Source: an uncultured delta proteobacterium
Lineage (GTDB): Bacteria; Desulfobacterota; Desulfuromonadia; Desulfuromonadales; JACZKF01
Length of the DNA stretch: 64,000 nucleotides
NCBI GenBank assembly: GCA_963816395.1
Contig: CAWFKQ010000006.1
Location: 96,001-160,000, forward strand
Direction: 5' to 3'
Below are positions 18,894-33,736 of the stretch, one piece after another (position 1 is the stretch's first letter; the number at the start of each line of letters is the position of its first letter). Position numbers and translations under genes: made by a program. The notes under the pieces were generated by a model, which was given only the letters and a program-made list of their open reading frames with translations, did not search any database and was not told the DNA's origin.

Positions 18894-19394
18894 TTGGAAC
18901 TCTATCTCATGCGGCATGGGCAGGCGATGCCCGGATCGGAGAATCCGGAGCAGCCGTTAAGTCGGGAGGGAGTGGCGCAGATCCAGGCTTCGGCGGCAGC
19001 GATGAAGCGGCTGGGAATAACTCTCGATGCGATCGTCTGCAGTCCGAAGCGGCGTTCGCACCAGACCGCGGCGCTGGTCTCGGAAGGGGTGAATTACCCC
19101 TACAGCGATATCATCCAGAGCGAGACGGTGCTGCCGACTGCCCCGGCCGGTGAAGCGATCGCTTTCCTGCGCCAGTTTCGGGAAAGCAGGGCGGTACTGA
19201 TCGCCGGCCACCTGCCTTCGCTCGGCGAAATCGCTTCGGCCTTGCTTGCCGGCGGGGCGCCGGCGCAGGTCAAAATCCATTTCGACAACGGCAGCCTCTG
19301 TCGCCTTGATCTCCCTGATCCGTCAGTTCCAATGGCGGAGCTGCGCTATCATTTCCCGGCGGCGCAGATGCGCCTGATCGCAGAAAGGGGCTGA
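18894..19394 (+). CDS. sixA: Phosphohistidine phosphatase SixA
   Basis: LYLMRHG, SPKRRSHQTA and AGHLPSL motifs. Confidence 0.88.
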   Translation: MELYLMRHGQAMPGSENPEQPLSREGVAQIQASAAAMKRLGITLDAIVCSPKRRSHQTAALVSEGVNYPYSDIIQSETVLPTAPAGEAIAFLRQFRESRAVLIAGHLPSLGEIASALLAGGAPAQVKIHFDNGSLCRLDLPDPSVPMAELRYHFPAAQMRLIAERG

Positions 19395-19502
19395 CGGACA
19401 GCCGATAATCGGCGCGGGCGTCCGGCAGCGTTGACAGGTCACGATGGCCGGTGATAGGCTGCCAGGATTAAAACAATTCCGGGCCAAAGGAGGAACTCAG
19501 AG

Positions 19503-19673
19503 ATGGACCAGCTGCGGATTCTCCTCGCTACGGCTCGGAAGCGCATCTGCCGCGGCGCCCTTTCCGATCGACCCAAGCCTCTTGCCACGTCCCCTGCCGG
19601 CCGACATTGCCCATCTTCCGCTCCACTTCGCCCAGGTAGTTTTCAATTTGCAGCGCACGATCTTGTGCCATGA
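19503..19673 (+). CDS. 56-aa hypothetical protein, translationally coupled to recO
   Basis: AAAGGAGG RBS; open frame MDQLRILL...HDLVP*; ATGA overlap with recO. Confidence 0.4.
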   Translation: MDQLRILLATARKRICRGALSDRPKPLATSPAGRHCPSSAPLRPGSFQFAAHDLVP

Positions 19674-20426
19674 ATGTCCACCTTTCCGACGCCATTATCC
19701 TGCGCCATTTCGATTATGGCGAGTCGGACCGCATCGTCACTTTCCTCACTCCGGATCAGGGGCGGCTGAAAGGGTTCGCCCGCGGCGCCCGCAACAGCCG
19801 GCGCCGATTCGGCCCGGCCCTTGAGCCTTTTGCCCGGGTGCGCCTGCACTGGAGCCTCGGCCGCGGTGAGCTGGTCACCCTCAAAGAGGCCGAACTGCTC
19901 GATCTGCGGGCCGGGCTGCGCGCCGACCTGGCGGCGATCGCCCTGGCCGGTTACGGCTGCGAACTGGTGGAGGAGCTTCTCGGGGAGGCGCACGGGCATC
20001 CGGGAGCCTTTGCCCTGCTGGAGGCCTTTCTCGACCATCTGACCGTGCACGGGGCAGCGCCCGAGGCCCGCCTGCTGTTCGAACTGCGCCTGTTGCAGGA
20101 GGCGGGCTACCTTCCGCACCTGCTGCACTGTGCCGAATGCGGGGTGACTCCTCCGCGACCCGGAAGCCGCTTTCGACCCGGTCCGCGGCGGCAGTCTCTG
20201 CCCCGCCTGCGCCGGCGTCGCCCGGCGCCTCTCCCTGGGCACCCTGGGGAGCCTGGCCCGACTGCTGCGGGCGCCGGCCACAGCCTTCGACGGGGTCCGA
20301 TTGGGGGAACGCACGCTCGGGGAAGGCGGAACGGCCCTGTCGGCCGCCCTGCGCCAGCATCTGTCGCGCCCTCTGCGCAGCCTGCCGTTTCTCGATCAGG
20401 TGATGGAGAGAAGCTATAAGCTGTAA
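19670..20426 (+). CDS. recO: DNA repair protein RecO (frameshift at about 20160)
   Basis: DYGESDRIVTFLTPDQGRLKGFARGARNSRRRF; CAEC...CPAC zinc finger. Confidence 0.93.
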
Positions 20427-20472
20427 GCGGTTATCGGGGCTTTTGAACCACGCTTTTTAGTCGTGCAGAAGC

Positions 20473-20501
20473 TTGACAGTCAGGCCTCTGCAGGCTAAGA
20501 T
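20473..20501 (+). promoter_or_regulatory. Sigma70-type promoter for glyQS
   Basis: TTGACA-17 bp-TAAGAT. Confidence 0.6.
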
Positions 20502-20582
20502 CGAGACTTTTTATAATTGTATACTGTATACTTTCGACCGGCTTCGGGCCGTGACGGAGGTTTACCCCCGGACGGAGGCACT

Positions 20583-21546
<964 letters not shown>

Positions 21547-21557
<11 letters not shown>

Positions 21558-23616
21558 ACTGTTCCTGGAAATTGGCACCGAAGAGATCCCCGCCGGTTTT
21601 CTGCCACCCGCCATGGCAGATCTGGAGCGGCTGCTGCGCCGCGAACTGGAGAACGCCCGCATCCGCTTCGAGAACGTGCGCACCTTCGCCACCCCGCGGC
21701 GGCTGGCGGCGGCGGTCAGCGGAGTTGCCGCCGAGCAGGAGCGGCAGGAGCTGACGACGGCCGGCCCCTCGGTCAAGGTCGCCTTCGATGCCCAGGGGAA
21801 TCCGACCAAGGCCGCTCTCGGCTTTGCCCGCGCCAACGGCGTCGAGGTCGCCGACCTCTCCACCATGGAAACCGACAAGGGGGCCTATCTTTTCATCTCC
21901 AAGGTCCTGGAGGGGCGCCCCACCGCCGATCTGCTGCCGGAGATCCTGCCCCGGGTGCTCGCCGCCATTCCCTTTCGCAAATCGATGCGCTGGAAGGACC
22001 TGGACGTCCGTTTCGCCCGCCCCATCCACTGGCTCGTCGCCCTTTTCGACGGCATCGTCGTCCCCTTCTCCTTCGGCAACCTGCAGAGCGGCAATCTCTC
22101 CCGCGGCCATCGCTTCATGGCGCCGGCGCCTTTCCCGGTCCAGGGGGTGGAGAACTGGATCGAGGAGTGCGAGCGTCGCTTCGTCATCCCCGACCCGAAA
22201 AAGCGGCAGGAGATCATCGCCCGCGAAGTCGAGCGGGTGGCCCATGCCGCCGGCGGCAGGGTGAATGACGACCCGGAGCTGCTGGCGCAGGTCTCCTTCC
22301 TGGTCGAGGATCCAACCCCCCTGTGCGGCGCTTTCGAGGAGAAATACCTGGAGCTGCCACGGGAGCTGCTGATCACGACCATGCGCGAGCACCAGCGCTA
22401 TTTTACCCTCGCCGGTCCGGATGGGAACCTGCTGCCGCGCTTCATCACCATCTCCAATACCCGCGCCGAAGATCCGGCGGTGGTGGTGCGGGGGAACGAG
22501 CGGGTACTGCGGGCGCGCCTGTCCGATGCCATGTTCTTCTGGGCCGAGGACCGCAAAATGAAGCTGGAGAGCCGCCTGGAGGCGTTGAAGCAGGTCGTCT
22601 ACCAGGCGAAGCTGGGCACCAGCTACGAGAAGGTGATGCGCTTCCGCCAGCTCGCCGTCGGCCTGGCCGGGCAGCTCGACCCGTCGGTTCGGGACGTGGT
22701 CGACCGGGCGGCGCTCCTGGCCAAGTGCGATCTGGAGACCGGGATGGTTTACGAGTTTCCGGAACTGCAGGGGGTGATGGGGCGCGAATACGCCCGCCTG
22801 GAAGGGGAAGACGAGCGGGTGGCCAAGGCCATCTACGAACACTACCTGCCGACCCAGGCAGGCGGGGAACTGCCTTCCGACAACGTCGGCGCCTTCGTCT
22901 CCATTGCCGACAAGATCGACACCATCTGCGGCTGCTTCGGGGTCGGCCTGATCCCCACCGGCACCGCCGATCCCTACGCCCTGCGCCGCAGCGCCATCGG
23001 CATCCTCAATATCCTCCTTGACCGCGGCTTGCGGCTCTCCCTGCCGGAGTTGGTCGACCGCAGCCTGTCCCTGCTGGCGGCCAAGCTCACCCGGCCGCTC
23101 GCCGAGGTGCGGGCGGAGGTGGTGGAGTTCTTCCGCGGCCGTTTCTTCCACATGCTCACCGCCCAGGAATGGCCGCAGGACGTGGTCGAAGCGGTGCTCG
23201 CCGCCGCCTTCAGCGATCCTCTCGATGCCCTGGCGCGGGTGCGGGCGCTGGCCGAGCTCAAGGGTCAGGAAAATTTCGAGCCGCTGGCGGTTGCATTTAA
23301 AAGGATAGTCAATATCATTAAGGACGGCCTGGATCGGCCGGTCGACCCGACCCTCTTTCAGTCCCCATGCGAACAGGAACTGTACGGGGCGCTGCAGAAG
23401 GTGCAGGGCGAGGTCGAGGCGCAGGTTGGGCGCGGCGATTATGCGACGGCCCTGCAGGCCATCGCCACCTTGCGGGGGCCGGTGGACGCCTTTTTCGATG
23501 GGGTGATGGTGATGGCAAAGGAAGAGTCGGTGCGACAGAACCGCCTGGCCCTGCTGACCGCCGTTGCGCGGCTGTTCCGGGGGATCGCCGATTTCGCCCG
23601 GATCGCCGAAGTCTAG
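21547..23616 (+). CDS. glyS: Glycine-tRNA ligase beta subunit
   Basis: [31 protein letters not shown] and NRLALL motifs. Confidence 0.97.
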
Positions 23617-23747
23617 CCTGGCACCGGGAAGGCAGAGGACGCCTGTTCGCAGGTGTCCGCGAGGGGATTTCGGCCGGCCCGTTCGACGCCAGCCGGTAAA
23701 TTTTGGGTGTTTTATTCACTTTACTAAAAAAGCTGGAGGAAGATTTA

Positions 23748-26468
<2,721 letters not shown>

Positions 26469-26505
26469 GGCGCAGCACCCCCAAGCCCAACTGTGTGTGG
26501 CATGC

Positions 26506-26537
26506 AAGCCCCCGGGGTTTCCCCGGGGGCTTTTTTT
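26506..26537 (+). terminator. Intrinsic terminator of ppdK
   Basis: AAGCCCCCGGGG-TTT-CCCCGGGGGC followed by T7. Confidence 0.9.
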
Positions 26538-26608
26538 AATGAGATTGACCGAGGCGTTGAAAGCAGGTAATCTTTACTATAACGCTATTCAATTACGAAG
26601 GGCTGACC

Positions 26609-27502
26609 GTGAACCTCACTCCCCGCTTTTATAAACAGATTCTCGATCATTTAGGCGAGGCGGTCTATTTCGTTGATAAGGAGCGGAAAATTCTGTACTG
26701 GAATCGCGTCGCGGAGAAAATCACCGGCTATTCCTCCGCCGAGGTGGTGAATTCCTACTGCTATAGCAACCTCCTTGATCATATCGACGAAAAGTCGTGC
26801 CCTCTCTGCCAGGAAAGATGCCCGCTGGCGCAGGCCATGGAAACGGGACAGGGATTGGAGAAAAGAATATTTCTTCGCCACAAGGACGGACACCGGGTGC
26901 CGGTCAATGTGAAGGTCGCCCCGATTTTCAACGGGGGAAAAACCGTCGGGGCGGTGGAGGTTTTCACCGATGCCTCGGTTGTGGTGCAGGTGGAGCAGCT
27001 GAATGAAGAGTTGCGCCGGTTGATTCATATCGATCCCCTCACCCAGATTCCCAACCGGCGCGCGCTCATGGCGGCTCTGGACCGGGAATATCAAAGATAC
27101 AAAAGGTATCGAACCCCCTTTGCCCTTATTTTTGTCGATATCGACCATTTCAAACGGGTAAACGATACGCTTGGCCATGCCGTCGGCGACCGCACCCTGC
27201 AGTGGTTCTCCCGGCAGATAACCGAAAGCCTGCGCCGCTCCGACATGGTCGCCCGCTTCGGTGGGGAGGAGTTCATCATCCTCCTGACCGCCACCGAAGC
27301 GGCAGCCGTCGGTTCCATCGCCGAAAGCCTGCGACAGCGCATTGCCGACTCCCCCTGCCCGGAAACCGGCGCCATTCTCACGGCCAGCCTCGGTGCCACC
27401 GGCATTCTTCCGGGCGATTCCGTGGATTCGCTTCTGGAGAGGGCGGACGCCGCCCAGTACATTTCGAAGAAAGAAGGCCGCAACCGCACCACCGTGCTCT
27501 GA
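26609..27502 (+). CDS. PAS-GGDEF diguanylate cyclase
   Basis: PAS domain with YWNRVAEKITGY; DIDHFKRVND; RRSD I-site; GGEEF. Confidence 0.93.
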   Translation: MNLTPRFYKQILDHLGEAVYFVDKERKILYWNRVAEKITGYSSAEVVNSYCYSNLLDHIDEKSCPLCQERCPLAQAMETGQGLEKRIFLRHKDGHRVPVNVKVAPIFNGGKTVGAVEVFTDASVVVQVEQLNEELRRLIHIDPLTQIPNRRALMAALDREYQRYKRYRTPFALIFVDIDHFKRVNDTLGHAVGDRTLQWFSRQITESLRRSDMVARFGGEEFIILLTATEAAAVGSIAESLRQRIADSPCPETGAILTASLGATGILPGDSVDSLLERADAAQYISKKEGRNRTTVL

Positions 27503-27622
27503 TCCGGTTGTATTCCCCTCCGCCATGAACGAAAAGCGAGTGACGGCTTGAACGGTCCTGCCGCCGAACCGCCGGCGGCCGGGCACGACCCGGGCGTAAC
27601 CCTGAGAGGCGGCGGAAGCGCC

Positions 27623-27651
27623 TTGACACACCCGGGGGCGGATGGTATAAA
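27623..27651 (+). promoter_or_regulatory. Strong sigma70 promoter with extended -10
   Basis: TTGACA (27623-27628), 17-bp spacer, TGn-TATAAA (27646-27651). Confidence 0.7.
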
Positions 27652-27683
27652 AGGTGCCCGTAGCATTCATCCCTGAACCGATG

Positions 27684-27710
27684 AAACCACAGGTTTCCTG
27701 TGGTTTTTTT
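27684..27710 (+). terminator. Leader terminator-like hairpin
   Basis: AAACCACAGG-TTT-CCTGTGG followed by T7, located between the promoter and the ATG at 27729. Confidence 0.7.
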
Positions 27711-27728
27711 CTTTGAGAAAGAAGAGAG

Positions 27729-28163
27729 ATGTCGAAGCGACCCCTGACTGCCGGAGACGATGTCGAGGCCCGCTGCACCCGCTGCCGGGAGGTGACCAAC
27801 CATACCGTGGTCGCCCTGGTGGAAGGGCGGGTGGCGCGCGTCCAGTGTCATATCTGCGACGGAGTGCACAACTATCACGCGCCCGCTGCCACCCGCACCC
27901 CTCGTCCCCCTGCACCCAAACCCGTGGCCCGGGCGCCTCGCCCCCGCCGCAATTCCGCAGCCGCCGAACTGGCCGAGTGGGAAGAGGTTACCGGCCCTGC
28001 CGAGAAGGACACCGCGCTTCCTTATGCCATGAACCTCCGGTGCCGGGCCGGCGACCTGCTGCGGCACCCGGTCTTCGGCCTCGGGGTGGTCAAGGTTCTG
28101 GTTCCTCCGGGAAAAATGGAAGTCCTCTTTCAGATGGGGAAAAAGCTCCTGCGGTGTGGGTAG
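27729..28163 (+). CDS. Conserved hypothetical protein (Zn-ribbon plus C-terminal Tudor-like HPVFGLGVV domain)
   Basis: CTRC and CHIC pairs; HPxFGxGxV motif. Confidence 0.75.
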   Translation: MSKRPLTAGDDVEARCTRCREVTNHTVVALVEGRVARVQCHICDGVHNYHAPAATRTPRPPAPKPVARAPRPRRNSAAAELAEWEEVTGPAEKDTALPYAMNLRCRAGDLLRHPVFGLGVVKVLVPPGKMEVLFQMGKKLLRCG

Positions 28164-28203
28164 CGGTCGCGAGGGCCGGGGAGTAGGGGGGTGCGAGAAG
28201 CGG

Positions 28204-28938
28204 ATGGATTTTCCCTTTTTGCATGACTGGCAGATGGATTACCGGCAGGCGGTGGCGCTGCAACGAATACTGGCCGAGCGCCTCGTTTGCCGCAACTGCC
28301 TGCCCCGGCCGGTACGCACGGTGGCCGGAGTGGACGTCTCCTACGAGAAGCACGGCCAGCTGTTTTTCGCCGGCATCGTCGTGCTGTCGCTGCCCGCCCT
28401 GGAAGTGCTGGAGGAGGCATCCGCCGTGGGGCGGGTTTCCTTCCCCTACATCCCCGGCCTCCTGTCCTTCCGCGAACTGCCTATTCTCCTCGAGGCCTTC
28501 CGCTCTTTGCGCACCGTTCCCGACGCCATTCTGGTCGACGGCCAGGGGATGGCCCATCCGCGGCGCCTCGGCCTGGCGAGCCATCTCGGGCTATGGCTGG
28601 AGCTGCCGACGGTCGGTTGCGCCAAGAGCCGGCTGTGCGGCGAGCACCCGGAGCCGGGCGAGCGGCGGGGAGACCAGGTTCCGCTGCGGCTGGCAGGGGA
28701 GGATGTCGGGGTGGTGCTCACCACCCGCGACCGGATCAAGCCCCTCTATATTTCTCCCGGGCACAAGATCGATATCGCCGCCGCCGCCGATCTGGTTCTC
28801 GCCTGCGGCCGCCGCTACCGCCTGCCGGAACCGACCCGCCTGGCGCACCACCTGACCAACCGCCTGCGGCGGGAAGAGCAAAGCTGCAAGCTCTCAGCTA
28901 TAAGCTCCAAGCTAGAAGCAAGCTCCGCCAAAAAATAA
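28204..28938 (+). CDS. nfi: Endonuclease V (deoxyinosine 3' endonuclease)
   Basis: AGVDVSY, FPYIPGLLSFRE, VDGQGMAHPRR, GCAKS and RLPEPTRLAH motifs. Confidence 0.96.
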   Translation: MDFPFLHDWQMDYRQAVALQRILAERLVCRNCLPRPVRTVAGVDVSYEKHGQLFFAGIVVLSLPALEVLEEASAVGRVSFPYIPGLLSFRELPILLEAFRSLRTVPDAILVDGQGMAHPRRLGLASHLGLWLELPTVGCAKSRLCGEHPEPGERRGDQVPLRLAGEDVGVVLTTRDRIKPLYISPGHKIDIAAAADLVLACGRRYRLPEPTRLAHHLTNRLRREEQSCKLSAISSKLEASSAKK

Positions 28939-29013
28939 AGCGGAAGGCGACATTCTCTCCGCCTTCCGCCGCCTAGCTGTTTGCCGCCTGCCTCCTGCCG
29001 CCTGCCGCTTGCC
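28881..29013. repeat. Two heptamer arrays, (AAGCTnn)6 and (GCCGCCT)n, at the nfi/DUF2520 convergence
   Basis: AAGCTGC AAGCTCT CAGCTAT AAGCTCC AAGCTAG (28881-28926); GCCGCCT GCCTCCT GCCGCCT GCCGCTT (about 28983-29013). Confidence 0.8.
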
Positions 29014-29889
29014 TAGGTTTTTCCCAACACCTCCAGCAGCTCTTTCGCCCTCTCCTCCGGCAGATTTCCCTGCCGTTCGGCGACTTCGACCGTCTTTCTC
29101 CCCAGTACCCGGTAAATCTCCGCCAGCTCCGGCGGTTGCGCCGCCAGGGCCTGCAGGTGATTTTTTACCGTATTTACGTCCCCGCGGGCGATCGGGCCGG
29201 TCAGCGCCCCTTCTGGCCCGAGGGCGGCCAGGTTGTTGACCGTTGTCCGCAGCAAGGGGGTCAGCAGGCGGTAGCTCTTCTCCCGCTCGAAGCCGCTGGC
29301 GGTCAGCAGATCGCCGGCGGCGGCGACCAGGGCCACCAGATAGTTGGCGGCCAGGCAGGCTGCCGCGTGATAGAGGACTTTCTGCTCGCCGTTGATGCGG
29401 AACGGCACTCCGCCCATGTCGGTGACCAGCCGCTCCCCCAGGGGCAGGGCAGCTTCCGTACCCTCGACGGCGAAGGGACTCCCCTGCAGGGCCCGGACGC
29501 CTATCGCCGGGTCGGCGAAGCTCTGCAGGGGATGCAGAGACAGGGCCGGCCGCTCCGGCTCTTCCTCCCCGAGAAGGATGGTCGCCCGGTGCAGTCCACT
29601 GAAATGGACCAGCACCGCTCCGGGCGCCAGGTAACCCCGGTGCCGGAGCAGGGCGGCGGCCTCGGCGAGACGGTCGTCCGGCAGCGCCAGCAATACGATC
29701 TCCCCCTCCCGCGCCCTGCTCGAGGTCGGTGGTGGCCGCCTTCCGGCTGCCGGCGAAGCGGGCGGCGGCGAGGGTGCGGGCCGGATCGCGGCCAATGATG
29801 GCGCGCAGGTCATAACCCGCCTCATGCAGCAGGTTGGCTACCGCCTGCCCCAGTCGGCCGGGACCGATGAGGACGACCCTTTCTTTCAT
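29013..29889 (-). CDS. Rossmann-like plus DUF2520 oxidoreductase (PanG-like; frameshift at about 29715)
   Basis: LIGPGRLG, HFSG, SLHPLQSF, YHAAACLAANY and ALTGPIARGD motifs. Confidence 0.88.
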
Positions 29890-30539
29890 GCGACGGAAAC
29901 CTCCAGCCTCCCCACCGTCTCGATCGCCGCCTCCAGTCGATCGCCGCTGGCGATGGCGCTGACCCCGGCCGGGGTGCCGGTGAGCACGACATCTCCCTCC
30001 TCGAGGGTGAAAATGGCCGAAATCTCCCGCAGGATCTGCGGGATGCGGCGCATCATCAGGCCGGTGGAGGCGTCCTGGCGGATTTCTCCATTGACCCGCA
30101 TGGTGATCCGCAGCGCGTGCGGGTCGGGGATCCGGTCTGCCGGCACGAAGTCGGAAAGGGGACAGGCGGTATCGAACCCCTTGGCGATCTCCCAGGGAAG
30201 TCCCTTCTTTTTGCACTCATCCTGAATATCGCGCAGGGTGAGGTCGATCGCCACCCCATAGCCGGCGACGTAGTCGAAGGCCGACTCCTCGGAGATGCTT
30301 TTCGCCCGGCGGCCGATGAGGATGGCCAACTCCGCCTCGTGATGGCAGTCCTGCGACCAGGAAGGGATGCGTACCGTTCCACCCGGGCCGATGAGGCTGG
30401 TGGCCGGCTTGATGAAAAGCACGGGGCGGTCCGGTATCGCATTACCCAGCTCGCGGATGTGATCGACATAATTGCGCCCCAGGCAGACCACTTTCCCCAC
30501 CCGGAAAGATTTTCCGGTTCCGATCAGTTGTACGTCCAT
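29886..30539 (-). CDS. Fumarylacetoacetate hydrolase family protein
   Basis: CLGRNYVDH, HHEAEL, DLTLRD, KGFD and GDVVLTGTP motifs. Confidence 0.95.
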   Translation of the reverse strand: MDVQLIGTGKSFRVGKVVCLGRNYVDHIRELGNAIPDRPVLFIKPATSLIGPGGTVRIPSWSQDCHHEAELAILIGRRAKSISEESAFDYVAGYGVAIDLTLRDIQDECKKKGLPWEIAKGFDTACPLSDFVPADRIPDPHALRITMRVNGEIRQDASTGLMMRRIPQILREISAIFTLEEGDVVLTGTPAGVSAIASGDRLEAAIETVGRLEVSVA

Positions 30540-30687
30540 GCCATCCTCCTGCAGTTGCAGAATTGTGAATGGAATTCAGGGAGAATACCGGCTGCCCGGG
30601 GAAAATGCAAGTATGCCGGAGGCAAAAACCTGTGTTATATTGAAAGCCTCAACGGCCCCCGGCCGCCAGCCCCGGACAGGGAGACCC

Positions 30688-31825
30688 ATGTTCCTTCCCA
30701 TCGGCGATACCCCCAATCCCCGCGGCACGCCCTACGTCAACTACTCCCTGATCGGCATCAATGTCGCCGTTTTCCTGTTTATTTCACTTCCTCTCATCCT
30801 GACGCCGCCGAATCTTTCCGATCCCCTCCTGCTCGACTATCTGCGGGCGTTGGGGGCGCACGGCCGGATTACCGCCGAGCAGGTGCTGCGGCACGTCACG
30901 GCTTACGACCTGTTCGTTTTCCGTTACGGTTTTCGCCCCGACCATTTTTCCGTGCTCGACATGTTCACCGCCATGTTCCTGCACGGCAGCTGGTTGCATC
31001 TGGCCGGCAACATGCTCTTTCTGTGGATTTTCGGCGACAATGTCGAGGCCCGCCTGGGTCATTTCCGCTATCTGCTGGTTTACCTGGGGACCGGCATCGC
31101 CGCCACCCTGTTTTTCGCCGTTTTCGTCGCCGGGGCGTCGGTGCCGATGATCGGCGCCTCGGGCGCGATTTCCGGGGTACTCGGCTGCTATTTTCTCTGG
31201 TTTCCCCGCAACCAGGTAAAGATCATCTTCTTTCCCTTTATTCTGTTCCCCTTTCTCATCCCGGCCCGCTGGGTCCTCGGTGTTTTTCTGCTCATTGACA
31301 ACCTTCTCCCTTTTCTGGTCCAGCCGGGAGCGGCCGGCGGCGTCGCCCATGGCGCTCACATCGGCGGCTTTTTGGCCGGCCTGGCGGTGGCGCTGGTGAC
31401 CCAGCGGCTGCCCCTGGGCAGGGCTGCGGGAACTGGCCGGGAGGCACCGGAAAGTGCGGCCGAGCGGGTCTCTCTCAGCCTGCGCCTGGGCAATATTTCC
31501 CAGGGCGTGATGCGGTATCTCTCCCTGCCTGAGCGGGAACAGCGGCAGGTGCCCACGGCCGACCTGCTGACTATGGGCGATTTTCTCCTCGACCGGCGGG
31601 ATGTCCATGGCGCTCTCGCTCTCTACCGGCGGATCATCGCCGAGCGGCCGAACGATCCTTTCCTCGACCGGGCTTACCTCGGGCGCCGGCAAGGCGCTGT
31701 ACCGGCTGCCGCGCTACCGCACCAGCGCCTACCAGCATTTTCTGTCGGCCATCGACGTCACCCATAACGAGGCGCTCGCCGAGGAGGCTCGGCGCTTTCT
31801 GCGGGTCATCGAGCAGGGCGCCTGA
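30688..31825 (+). CDS. Rhomboid-family intramembrane serine protease with C-terminal TPR-like region
   Basis: FLHGSWLHLAGNM, GASGAISG and AHGAHIGG motifs; indel at about 31683. Confidence 0.9.
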
Positions 31826-31884
31826 GCGGAGAATCGCCAGCGGCAGCTTGCGACCCGGCGACACGAGGGACATTACGGTATGGA

Positions 31885-33658
31885 TCAGAAGGGAAAAACC
31901 ACCGGGATCAGCAGGGTGGCGATGAGCCAGACGCCGATGTTGAGCGGCGTCCCCACCCGGGTGTAGTCGAGGAAGCGGTAGCCGCCCGGTCCCATCACCA
32001 GGGCATTGGACTGGTGGCTGATCGGGGTCATGAAGCAGGAGGAGGCGGCGATCGCCACCGCCATGAAGAAGGGTTTGGGGCTGACCGCCAGATCGAGGGC
32101 GGTATTGAAGGCGATGGGGGCGATCAGCACGGCGGCGGCGGCGTGGCTCATGACCTCGGTGAGGGTGAAAGTCAGCAGGAAAATCGCTCCCAGCACCACC
32201 CAGGGACCGAACGGACCGACCCCGCGGATGATCTGCTCGGCCAGAAAACGGGCGGCGCCGCTGTTCTCCAGGGCCAGGCCAAGGGGCAGGGTGCCGGCTA
32301 TGAGAACGATGATCATCCAGTCGATGCTTTCATAGGCTTCCTTGGGAGTAAGGCAGCGGGAGAGCACCATCACCAGCGCCCCGAGGGTGGCGGAAAGCAT
32401 GATCGGCAAGATGCCGGTGGCGGTCAGCACCACCACCGCCAATAGCGTGAGGAGCGCCACCGGCGCCTTGCGCGGCCGGTAGGAGACCGGCGGCACCCCG
32501 CCCAGCAGAAGAAAACCGTGTTCCTTGCCGAGATGAATCACCCGCTCCTCCGGCCCCTGCAGGAGCAGTACATCGCCGAACTGCAGAGTCACATGATCGA
32601 CCTTCTTCACCACCGGCGCCCCCCGGCGCCAGATGGCCAGGACGGTCAGTCCATGGGTATCGGCGAAGCGCACCTCGCGCAGGGTCCTGCCGACCATTTC
32701 GCTGGTGGGGGTCAGGGAGACCTCCACCACCACCAGATCTTCCTGCCGTTCCGATTCGGCCACCGGATTGCGCTTCTCCGGCACCACCGCCAGCCCTTTT
32801 TTCTCCCGCACCCGGAGAATCGCTTCCGGGTTCCCCTCGAGAAAAAGGATGTCCCCCGGCTGAATCTTGCGGTTGCGATGCGGGAAGGGAATTTTCAGGT
32901 TGCCGCGCAGGATGGCCCGCACCTTCAGCGGGAATTCCTCCTCCAGGCCGCTCTTGGCGATGGTCGCACCGGCCAGTGGCGACTGCGGCAGGATCTCCAC
33001 CTCGGTGATGTATTCCTTTACCTGATAGACCTCGGTCAGGCTCCCCGCCCTTCGCTGCGGCAGCAGGTGCCGGCCGACCAGGGACATGTACAGAACCCCC
33101 GCTGCCAACACCACCACGCCCACCGGAGTGAAATCGAACATGGCGAAACTCTGCCCGGCGTATCCCTGCAGCAGGGCATTCATCAGGATGTTCGGCGGGG
33201 TGCCGATAAGGGTGCAGACGCCGCCGAGCAGGGAGCCGAAGGCGAGCGGGATGAGGAGCTTGGAAGGGGCTGATCCGGCTCTTCCGCGACATGGACATGA
33301 CGATCGGCATGAGCATGGCCGTGGCGCCTATGTTGTTGATGAAGGAAGAAAAGAAGGCGCTGGTGAGCATGATGGTCGCCACCAGCCGGGGTTCGCTGTT
33401 GCCGGCGATGCGCATCAGGCGTTCCCCCAGCGGGCCGAGGGCGCCGGTATTGTTGAGGGCGGCACTGATCACGAACATGGCGGCGACGGTGATCACCGCC
33501 GGATTGGCGAAGCCGGAGAACGCCTGCTCGGCGGTAACCAGGCCGGTAAAGGCGAGGGTCAGCAGCACCATCAGGCTGACCAGATCCATGCGGACCCAGT
33601 CGGTTGCGAACAAGACGATGGCCGCCAGCAGAATGAGCAGGACCAGGACGATTTCCAT
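31885..33658 (-). CDS. SLC13/CitMHS-family permease with two TrkA-C domains (frameshift at about 33265)
   Basis: GFANPAVITV, LIGTPPN, RCK_C repeats and FMTPISHQSNALV motifs. Confidence 0.9.
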
Positions 33659-33736
33659 GGCGCTCCCGAGTCAGCCCGGCAAAAGGGTGTGCAGCCGTCT
33701 TTTGCCTTTTTGATAGTTTAATCGAGTCGGAATGGG

